A stretch of DNA of 64,000 nt, taken from a phage. The stretch is from NCBI GenBank assembly GCA_011911785.1, contig GCA_011911785.1_4084.1; one strand, 5' to 3'. Below are positions 47,776-64,000 of this stretch, piece after piece. The notes beneath the pieces were generated by a model, which saw only the letters and a list, made by a program, of their open reading frames with translations, did not search any database and had not been told where the DNA came from. Position numbers and translations under genes: made by a program. Positions within the stretch are counted from its first letter, which is position 1. Each line of letters begins with the position of its first letter.

Positions 47776-48900
47776 ATGTCAGTCTTTAAAATTAACGAAA
47801 AATCACACTTAGAAAAAAATATGTTTTTTGATGAAAGTGTTGACATTCAACGATTTGAAAGTGTAAAATATTCAGCACTAGAGAAACTAACTGAGCAACA
47901 AAAAAGTTTCTTCTGGACACCTGGTGAAGTTGATGTAACCAAAGATAAGATTGATTTTGCAGGTTTATCACCATCTGAAAAGCATATCTTTGATTCGAAT
48001 CTAAAGCGTCAAATCTTACTTGATTCGGTTCAGGGTCGTGGTCCAAACTTGATGCTTCTCCCCTATGCATCATTACCAGAATTAGAAAACTTCATTGAAA
48101 CTTGGGCATTTTTCGAAGGTGCAATCCACAGTAAGTCATATACGCACATCATTCGTAATATCTATGCAAATCCATCAGAAATTTTTGATACTATGCTTGA
48201 TATTCCAGAAATCACCGATTGTGCGGCAGATGTGTCTAAGTACTATGATGAACTGGATGAGCTAGGTACATGGTACAAAGTACTGGGTGAAGGAACACAT
48301 AATGTCAATGGTAAAACTATTGTCGTTGATATGTACGAACTTAAAAAGAAAATGTGGCTGTGCTTGAATAGTATCAACATTCTTGAAGGCGTTCGTTTTT
48401 ACGCTTCTTTTGCTTGTTCCTGGGCTTTTGCTGAAAATAAATTGATGGAAGGTAACGCAAAGATTATCCGTCTAATCTGTCGTGATGAAAACCTACATCT
48501 TGCCGCAACCCAAATGATTCTACGTCTTCTTAAGAAAGAAGATCCAGACTTTGCAAAAATTGCAGAAGAGTGCTATGATACAGTACAAGCAATGTTCATT
48601 GATGCCATTGAACAAGAAGAAAAGTGGGCAGACTATCTATTCAAAGATGGTTCTATCATTGGGTTGAATGCAGAAATCCTAAAACAATATGTTCGTTGGA
48701 TTGGTTCTAAACGTATGTCCGGTGTTGGTGTTAAATGTCCGTACAGTGTATCAAAGAACAATCCACTACCTTGGACTGAACACTGGATTACAAGTGCAGA
48801 TGTTCAAGTCGCACCACAAGAAACTGAAATCAGTTCATATATCATTGGTGGTATTGTGAACGATGTGAATGAAGATACTTTTACTCCATTCAAACTATAA
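47776..48900 (+). CDS. nrdB: Ribonucleotide reductase class I beta subunit
   Basis: Di-iron ligand context EGVRFYASFA and ENLHL typical of NrdB; adjacent to nrdA. Confidence 0.85.
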   Translation: MSVFKINEKSHLEKNMFFDESVDIQRFESVKYSALEKLTEQQKSFFWTPGEVDVTKDKIDFAGLSPSEKHIFDSNLKRQILLDSVQGRGPNLMLLPYASLPELENFIETWAFFEGAIHSKSYTHIIRNIYANPSEIFDTMLDIPEITDCAADVSKYYDELDELGTWYKVLGEGTHNVNGKTIVVDMYELKKKMWLCLNSINILEGVRFYASFACSWAFAENKLMEGNAKIIRLICRDENLHLAATQMILRLLKKEDPDFAKIAEECYDTVQAMFIDAIEQEEKWADYLFKDGSIIGLNAEILKQYVRWIGSKRMSGVGVKCPYSVSKNNPLPWTEHWITSADVQVAPQETEISSYIIGGIVNDVNEDTFTPFKL

Positions 48901-48912
48901 TAATCTAACCTA

Positions 48913-48937
48913 GGGGATTCAACTGAATCCCCTTTTA
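48913..48937 (+). terminator. Intrinsic terminator
   Basis: Hairpin ggggattcaactgaatcccc followed by ttttac. Confidence 0.65.
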
Positions 48938-48951
48938 CATGGGTATATTTT

Positions 48952-49125
48952 ATGAATGATATTTTTTCAATTGAGCCTGGTATCGTCTATGAGTTTGTTG
49001 TTGTAGGTGGATACAAAATTACTGGTTCTGTGATTGCAGTACGTGATAATGGTATGATCTTAAATGATGGTACACATCTCGTGCAAGCACATGTGATAAT
49101 GTTTACACCTAAAATTGAAGAATAA
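48952..49125 (+). CDS. Small hypothetical protein (57 aa)
   Basis: ORF found by manual translation (below the ORF-track length cutoff). Confidence 0.3.
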   Translation: MNDIFSIEPGIVYEFVVVGGYKITGSVIAVRDNGMILNDGTHLVQAHVIMFTPKIEE

Positions 49126-49150
49126 TCTGGTACTGTGTGTTTTATGGTGA

Positions 49151-54733
<5,583 letters not shown>

Positions 54734-54777
54734 CAATAAATAATCAAAAGTGCTTTGTATAATGGAGAAAATATACA

Positions 54778-55344
54778 GTGAACAATTTATTAAAAGTATT
54801 TAAAATCAGTGTGTCTGGTACAAATCTAGATAACAAAATGTATAATCAATATGATGATTATGATTCATCAGATGCAACACTAGCACCAACTGATGCAGAA
54901 ACTAAAGCGAAAAGTATTGCTTACTTGCGTATGCAATATGTAACTCGTTTACTATCTGAATATTCAGTACCTACCTATTATACCGTAGAATTCGGTACTG
55001 AAGGTACAGCAAAAACCATCCCTTCTGATGCATCTATTCATGTTGGGTATATTAGTTATGAGCCATTCTTAAGCACATTGAGTGCTGAAGAACAAAAAGA
55101 ACTCACAACTGAAGATCTAAAAACTGCCGCAGCAGCTAAAGTTATTCAGGATATGCTAAATGCAGCATTAACTGGTAACGGTACTAATGCATTAGAAAAA
55201 GAACAAATTTCAGTTCAAAAAACCATCCAACGTATTGATAATGCTTTCGAAAAAACCACCATTGATTTTGTGGAATATGAAAACATTTACGTTGATGTGC
55301 CATCTTTGGCTGATGCAACCGAAGTAACATACGTTAAACTATAA
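54778..55344 (+). CDS. Hypothetical protein (GTG start)
   Basis: GTG at 54778 after ggag; 188-aa product. Confidence 0.4.
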   Translation: MNNLLKVFKISVSGTNLDNKMYNQYDDYDSSDATLAPTDAETKAKSIAYLRMQYVTRLLSEYSVPTYYTVEFGTEGTAKTIPSDASIHVGYISYEPFLSTLSAEEQKELTTEDLKTAAAAKVIQDMLNAALTGNGTNALEKEQISVQKTIQRIDNAFEKTTIDFVEYENIYVDVPSLADATEVTYVKL

Positions 55345-55368
55345 TTTTTATTACATGGAGTTCTTGAC

Positions 55369-55563
55369 ATGGAAGACAAATCATTCTATGATCGTATCAT
55401 TGATGACAAAGGTGTATTCGACAAAGTTGTATATGACCTTGACATTATGATTAAAAATGCACCAAATCCACGAGTTCGTACTCAAGCTGAGTTTGCAAAA
55501 ACTTATCTCATTCAAGTACAAGCTATTTGTGATGCATTAAAAAAACACAATAATGGAGCTTGA
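55369..55563 (+). CDS. Small hypothetical protein
   Basis: 64-aa ORF. Confidence 0.35.
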   Translation: MEDKSFYDRIIDDKGVFDKVVYDLDIMIKNAPNPRVRTQAEFAKTYLIQVQAICDALKKHNNGA

Positions 55564-55588
55564 CAGAAATCAATTATTGTTATACAAT
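55560..55588 (+). promoter_or_regulatory. Sigma70-type promoter TTGACA-N17-TACAAT
   Basis: TTGACA 55560-55565, 17-nt spacer, TACAAT 55583-55588; about 50 nt upstream of the IF3-like start. Confidence 0.6.
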
Positions 55589-55636
55589 CTTTACTGTAAC
55601 CAACACCTATTACAAACTATTTGGAGCTTTTATTAC

Positions 55637-58880
<3,244 letters not shown>

Positions 58881-58881
<1 letters not shown>

Positions 58882-59735
58882 TGCCATCTAAATCAAAATC
58901 ACAGGCTCGCTTTATGGCGGCAGCAGCACATGATCCAGAATTTGCTAAACGTAATGGTATTTCACAAGATGCTGCGAAAGAGTGGAATCATGCTGATGAA
59001 AAAGCTGGAAATCTTAAAAAAGGGGCGAAGTTGCCCCAACACGTTAAAAAGAAAACAACCGAATCTTCGATGAAAGGTTGGGTTGATATAATTCAAGATG
59101 CAGAAATTGCACAGGACAATCCTGAAATTGATGATACAATGGATGTACACGCAGATGATTGTGAGTGTGAACAGTGTTGTCAAAATAAAGAACATCACTT
59201 CTATGAAAATACTGAGAAGTTGGAAGAAATGCCACAACGCTTTGATAGTTTTCAGGGACAAGACCGTGATGAGTTTGTCGATAAGACAGCAGAAATGACA
59301 GGTAAACATAACATGGTAATCTTTGCTAAACATAACGATTATGATGTTTATCAGAATAAGAACGGAACTGGTTTTATTGCATATGATAAAAGTGGTAAGC
59401 AACTAGCAATTGTCAGTGGACATACTTCAAATGATGCAGTACTAGGTGTTCAGAATGTTTTCGAAATCGCAGCAACTGCATCTAAAACTGGCACAAAAGG
59501 TATCATTTACACTATCTTTATGGATATGGTAAAGCACGGATACGCTATACTTAGTGATAGTTTACACACTGATGATGCAATTAAATTTTGGACTCGACTA
59601 ATTGGTTCACATCAAGTGTACATTGTTGGTGGTGGTGAAGTTTTAGCAAAGGCAACACCAGAAAAAGTTCACAAATATTGGAGTGATGATGAGACAAGCC
59701 CAAGTGCTGAGTTACAATTACTCCTTGTTAAATAA
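58881..59735 (+). CDS. Hypothetical protein
   Basis: 284-aa ORF, ATG overlapping upstream stop. Confidence 0.5.
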
Positions 59736-59744
59736 GGATACTAT

Positions 59745-60131
59745 ATGAGTATACTTTTAGTTTTTGGGCTATTGGCATTATTTCAAATAAAACATTTTCT
59801 GTGTGATTATATATTCCAAGGCAAATACATGCTTGGTAAATTTAAAGAGCATGGGTGGTTTCTACCATTGACAGCACACGTTGCTGTTCATGTATTAGGA
59901 ACTGCAATAATTATTGCAATTTTTGCTTGTTATATTGGAACAACGTGGAAGGTGTTTTTCATGCTTCTTGCAATTGATGCAGTTGTTCATTTTGTAATGG
60001 ACCGAGTTAAAGTTGTTGGCTCTAAACAACACACACCACAAGATGCTGAATTTTGGTGGTGGTTAGGGTATGATCAAATGATTCATCATTTTACCCATTA
60101 TGTTATCATTTTTGGATTACTTCTTTTGTAA
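59745..60131 (+). CDS. Hypothetical integral membrane protein, His-rich
   Basis: Three to four hydrophobic helices; multiple His in predicted loops. Confidence 0.5.
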   Translation: MSILLVFGLLALFQIKHFLCDYIFQGKYMLGKFKEHGWFLPLTAHVAVHVLGTAIIIAIFACYIGTTWKVFFMLLAIDAVVHFVMDRVKVVGSKQHTPQDAEFWWWLGYDQMIHHFTHYVIIFGLLLL

Positions 60132-60134
60132 TTA

Positions 60135-60169
60135 TATTCGGGGGGCTTTATGCTCTCCGAATTCTTTTT
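60135..60169 (+). terminator. Intrinsic terminator
   Basis: Hairpin attcggggggc...gctctccgaat (two G-U pairs) followed by tctttttg. Confidence 0.6.
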
Positions 60170-60231
60170 GAGACAAATAAACTTTTCGTGATACAATATC
60201 ACAAGACACAGAGACACTAAAAGGAATTAAA

Positions 60232-62196
60232 ATGGCTAAGAAAGAAAGTGCTGTTCTACAAGAACATGACGTTCAACGTCTAAACGATTATCAACATGCT
60301 CGTCTACGTACTGAGATGTATCTTGGTTCTCGTTCTATTCACGAAAGTCAAGTACTGATTTTTGGTGAAAATGATTATGCTGTAAAAAATATGGAATGGG
60401 TTCCTGCAATTCTTACTGCAACTCGTGAAATTATTGATAACAGTCTTGATGAATTCAAAAAAGCTGGTACGAAAGAACCAGTACTGAAAGTTGATTTCAA
60501 TGAAGAAGACCTTTCCTTCGAAATCAGTGATAATGGTCGTGGTATTCCGATTGATTATGTCCCAGAGTATGAGAAAAACCTCTGTACGATGGTAATGACT
60601 GAAACTAAAACTGGTCGTAACTTTGATGATTCTAAGCGTGATGAAACAATCGGTCAAAACGGTCTAGGTGGTTCTGTGGCTATGATTGTTAGCTCTAAAG
60701 CAGAACTTGAAATTCACCGAACCGGACGTCCATATAAAACGCAATCCAGTAATGACGGTTATGATGGTATGTACAAATATACACAGAAGTTTGAAGAAGG
60801 TACAATTATGTTCCCTGAACTTCATGTACATGAACCAACTATTCGAAAAGTACAATCCGATAAAACTGGTACAACTATTCGCTTTACCCTAAGTAAAGAA
60901 GTATTTCCTAATCGCAAGCTACCAACTGAATTACTTTATAGTATTCTAAAAGAAATGGCAGCAGCGAACCCAACATACAAAATCTTCTTGAATGGTAAAC
61001 GTATTGCAATTAAAGGAAGCACAGAAAAGGCACTCTTTAATGCTTCAAAACTAATGTCATTGAATGTTAAAGATGAATCATTCAATTTCAATAGTACTTT
61101 TTATATTGTACCTAATGCTGTATCTGGTATGAACACAAACTTCCATATGCATGGTCTTGTGAATAATGCTCCAGCATTTGATGGTGGTACACATCTAGAT
61201 ACCTTCAAGAAATTCTTCTCTTTAGGGGTAGGAACTGCATTAGAGAAAGAAGCGAAGAAGCGTAAGATGAAACCAAACCGTTCTGATATTGAAGAAGGTT
61301 TGTTGATTTACAATGTAACTACAATGAAAGCACCATCATTCAACTCACAGATTAAATCTAAGTTGACTAATGAAAATGTAATTCGTCCTATTCAGCAAGC
61401 TATGAGTGCTGACTGGTTTGATGAATTGGTCAAGAAAAATAAAGAATGGGTTGATGAGATTTTTGAACGTTGTGCTGCCCGTACTAATAAGAAAGACGCA
61501 GAAGAAGACCGTCGCCTTGCCAAGAAACTTTTGAAAGGTAAAGTTGCAAAACTACTTGATAGTACTGGAACTGACCGTTCACAATGTATTCTATTGGTTG
61601 CGGAAGGTGACTCTGCTATTTCCAACATGGCAAGTGCTCGTATTCCTAGTATTCATGGTATCCTCCCATTGCGTGGTAAGATTATGAACGTTAGTGGGAA
61701 TGAGAAAACCAAAGAATTAATGGATTCTATGGCATTACATGATATAATGGCAAGCATCAACTTGGTCCCTGGAGTTAAAGCTGAACGTGCTGATTTGAAT
61801 TACGGTAAGCTATATATCTGTGCGGACGAAGATGAGGATGGTAAGAACATTGGTGCACTAGTTTGTAACTTCTTGTACAAATTCTGGCCCGAATTATTCC
61901 AAGATCCTGATAATCCGTTTGTATACGTATTCAAAACTCCATTTATTATCTTGGAGAAAGGTAAGGAATCTAAGTATTTTTATGGTCATAACGTCCATGA
62001 ATATATTCCTGAAGATTGGAAAGGGTGGAAAGCAACTCGTGCGAAAGGTTTAGGAACACTCGAAAAAAGTAACTTCCGCGATGCATTTACGAATAGTGTT
62101 GCAGTAGCAATTACTGATGACGGTCGTCTTGGTGAAACATTAGATTTGATTTTCAACAAGAAACGTGCTGATGATCGTAAAAACTGGATGGAATAA
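60232..62196 (+). CDS. gp39: Type II topoisomerase ATPase subunit (GyrB-like; T4 gp39 apparently fused with the gp60-equivalent region)
   Basis: GHKL ATPase motif TREIIDNSLDEF, TOPRIM LVAEGDSAISN, continuous 654-aa ORF. Confidence 0.85.
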   Translation: MAKKESAVLQEHDVQRLNDYQHARLRTEMYLGSRSIHESQVLIFGENDYAVKNMEWVPAILTATREIIDNSLDEFKKAGTKEPVLKVDFNEEDLSFEISDNGRGIPIDYVPEYEKNLCTMVMTETKTGRNFDDSKRDETIGQNGLGGSVAMIVSSKAELEIHRTGRPYKTQSSNDGYDGMYKYTQKFEEGTIMFPELHVHEPTIRKVQSDKTGTTIRFTLSKEVFPNRKLPTELLYSILKEMAAANPTYKIFLNGKRIAIKGSTEKALFNASKLMSLNVKDESFNFNSTFYIVPNAVSGMNTNFHMHGLVNNAPAFDGGTHLDTFKKFFSLGVGTALEKEAKKRKMKPNRSDIEEGLLIYNVTTMKAPSFNSQIKSKLTNENVIRPIQQAMSADWFDELVKKNKEWVDEIFERCAARTNKKDAEEDRRLAKKLLKGKVAKLLDSTGTDRSQCILLVAEGDSAISNMASARIPSIHGILPLRGKIMNVSGNEKTKELMDSMALHDIMASINLVPGVKAERADLNYGKLYICADEDEDGKNIGALVCNFLYKFWPELFQDPDNPFVYVFKTPFIILEKGKESKYFYGHNVHEYIPEDWKGWKATRAKGLGTLEKSNFRDAFTNSVAVAITDDGRLGETLDLIFNKKRADDRKNWME

Positions 62197-62244
62197 TGTA
62201 ATAAGGGGGACATGGTGTTCCCCGCTTAACAAAGAGACAATGGA

Positions 62245-63657
62245 ATGGCTAAAAGTAAGAAAAACACTAATACAAATGTTGATGAATTAACTCTAACTTT
62301 ACTTGATTATAAAAGTTCAGATTATGTCAATACTACATCATTAGAATACTCAATGTACACACTTGACCGTGCTATCCCAGGGATTGACGGACTCAAGAGT
62401 TCTCAACGTAAAGCAATCTTCACATTATCCAAAATCAGTGGGGAGATTAAAACTGTTTCATGTGCAGGTCGTATGATCAGTGATGGGATTTACGTTCATG
62501 GTGACACATCTGCATCAGGAACATTACAAAACCTAGCTAGTCCAGTTGCTAACAACTACCCACTGATTGGTAAGCGTGGTGGTTTCGGGACACAAGTTAA
62601 CAGTACTCCGGCATCTGCTCGTTATACCTACGTCAAAAAGACAAAAACGACTGAAGCATTAGTTCTACGTGATATGGATATAATTCCAATGAAAGAGAAC
62701 TATGATGGTACAACAATGGAACCAGTACACTTCCTTCCTATCATCCCATTAGCATTGTTTGGTAATGATAGTATGTCAGTAGGATATAAGAGTACAATTC
62801 TACCTCATAAAATTGAAGATGTAATTAAGAACTGTATTCGTGCAATAGAAGGAAAACCACTCAAAGAGATGACACCATATTATGCATCTGTTGGTGCTAG
62901 TGATGTGGTAACTAAACTAGACGAAAACAAATATGAATTTTATGGTAAAGCACAGGTAATTGATGCAAGTACTGTTAAAGTTACAGGGCTTCCACCTAAT
63001 TATAGTATTGAAAAGTTCATTGAAAAACTAATCAAGATGAGTGATGATGGTGATATACGTGATTACGATAATGACAGTACTGATGTTATTGATATCACCA
63101 TTAAACTACCACGTGGTATTTCTCAAAAATGGACAGAGGCAGATGTAATTGAGTATTTTGGATTGAATAAAAAGATGACTCAATTGTTAACTGTTTTGGG
63201 TGAAAATGGTAAAGTTCGCGTATATGACAGTACACTTGACCTTATTAAAGATTTCGTCAATTTCCGTTTCAAATATTATGTGAAACGTTACGAGAAGAAG
63301 CTTGAAGACTGTGCAGCAGAAGTTCGTTATAAAATTCTCATCAAAGAGTGTTTTGATAATGATATGATCGGTAAAGTGAAAGGATTTGCAAACCGTGCTG
63401 AAATGGTTGATTTTGTAACTTCTCTCAATACTGAAATTGAAGCAACAAATGAGAATATCCAAAGTATCGTAAACTTCCCATCATATCGTTGGACTAAAGA
63501 TAATTATGATGCAGTACTAAAAGATATTCAAGATAATCTAGACCTAATGGATAGTTATAATGATTTACTTAACAATCATGATAAAATCTGGAATATCTAT
63601 AAAGAAGAATTACAAGAATTACTAAAAATGGACTTTACACCTAAGTCTGAAGATTAA
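62245..63657 (+). CDS. gp52: Type II topoisomerase DNA breakage-reunion subunit (GyrA-like; T4 gp52-like)
   Basis: Position after the ATPase subunit; N-terminal YSMYTLDRAIPGIDGLKSSQRK resembles GyrA/ParC N-terminus. Confidence 0.75.
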   Translation: MAKSKKNTNTNVDELTLTLLDYKSSDYVNTTSLEYSMYTLDRAIPGIDGLKSSQRKAIFTLSKISGEIKTVSCAGRMISDGIYVHGDTSASGTLQNLASPVANNYPLIGKRGGFGTQVNSTPASARYTYVKKTKTTEALVLRDMDIIPMKENYDGTTMEPVHFLPIIPLALFGNDSMSVGYKSTILPHKIEDVIKNCIRAIEGKPLKEMTPYYASVGASDVVTKLDENKYEFYGKAQVIDASTVKVTGLPPNYSIEKFIEKLIKMSDDGDIRDYDNDSTDVIDITIKLPRGISQKWTEADVIEYFGLNKKMTQLLTVLGENGKVRVYDSTLDLIKDFVNFRFKYYVKRYEKKLEDCAAEVRYKILIKECFDNDMIGKVKGFANRAEMVDFVTSLNTEIEATNENIQSIVNFPSYRWTKDNYDAVLKDIQDNLDLMDSYNDLLNNHDKIWNIYKEELQELLKMDFTPKSED

Positions 63658-63665
63658 TATATAAG

Positions 63666-63700
63666 GGAAGACCCATTGGGTCTTCCTTCCTCCTTTATAT
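63666..63700 (+). terminator. Probable terminator
   Basis: Hairpin ggaagacccattgggtcttcc followed by T/C-rich tract. Confidence 0.45.
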
Positions 63701-63738
63701 AAATAATCTATAGATATTAGTAGCTATGGAGAAATAAA

Positions 63739-64000
63739 ATGGCATCTTTTACCCCGTATTGGGATTTAAAGGCTGATACTCAATATATTCAAGAAGGAAC
63801 TGACATTCTTATTAGATTAAGTATCAATAAAGAAGGAACTACAGGTGATAGCTATACACTAAGTCAAAATGAATACTTAGAGATGATTTTCACTATACAA
63901 TGTTTAGATAATGTTGGTAATGTTTTTAATGCTGAAAACCACTATTCATTATTAGTTGGAAATGACCCGAACAATCTAGTACCATTATCTGATGGAACAA
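63739..64000 (+). CDS. Hypothetical protein, 5' partial at window end
   Basis: ATG at 63739 after ggag; open to the window edge. Confidence 0.3.
   Translation, partial: MASFTPYWDLKADTQYIQEGTDILIRLSINKEGTTGDSYTLSQNEYLEMIFTIQCLDNVGNVFNAENHYSLLVGNDPNNLVPLSDGT

Noticed and set aside
55354-55374. TTGACA overlapping the start codon of the 55369 ORF
   Set aside because: No properly spaced -10 element and it overlaps the RBS and start codon; likely coincidental
55553-55636. Longer N-terminal extension of the IF3-like ORF (ORF-track start at 55553)
   Set aside because: The extension overlaps the promoter elements and upstream ORF and has no RBS; the ATG at 55637 with ggag 10 nt upstream matches where bacterial IF3 homology begins
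62197-62230. Hairpin after the topoisomerase ATPase gene as a terminator
   Set aside because: Short stem with no U-tract, and the gp52-like gene follows directly; more likely an RNA structure or coincidence

Overview
This window reads as part of a T4-like (Straboviridae-type) myovirus genome: AT-rich, densely packed, almost entirely plus-strand genes. From reading the translations I recognise a head-morphogenesis block (portal gp20-like, prohead core proteins, gp21-like protease, gp22-like scaffold, gp23-like major capsid) followed by a long replication/recombination/nucleotide-metabolism block (family B DNA polymerase, GroES-like co-chaperonin, T4-type RNase H/FEN, large terminase, gp32-like SSB, UvsX, DEDDh exonuclease, UvsW-like helicase, primase, DnaB-like helicase, NrdA/NrdB, DHFR, bacterial-type RNase HI, Dda helicase, topoisomerase II subunits). 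All assignments rest on motif recognition and remembered family sequences; no database search was run. The most notable observations are: (1) two unrelated genes (large terminase and a KTSC-domain gene) are each broken by a +1 frame change at the same C-GGA-AAA context; (2) a host-like cassette encoding an IF3 homolog and a ClpS-like protein behind a consensus TTGACA-N17-TACAAT promoter; (3) a GIY-YIG/T5orf172-like insertion with its own consensus promoter just after the major capsid gene; (4) two minus-strand paralog pairs, one with capsid-like codon usage and one membrane-anchored; (5) recurring promoter and leader motifs. No tRNA, rRNA or CRISPR array was seen.
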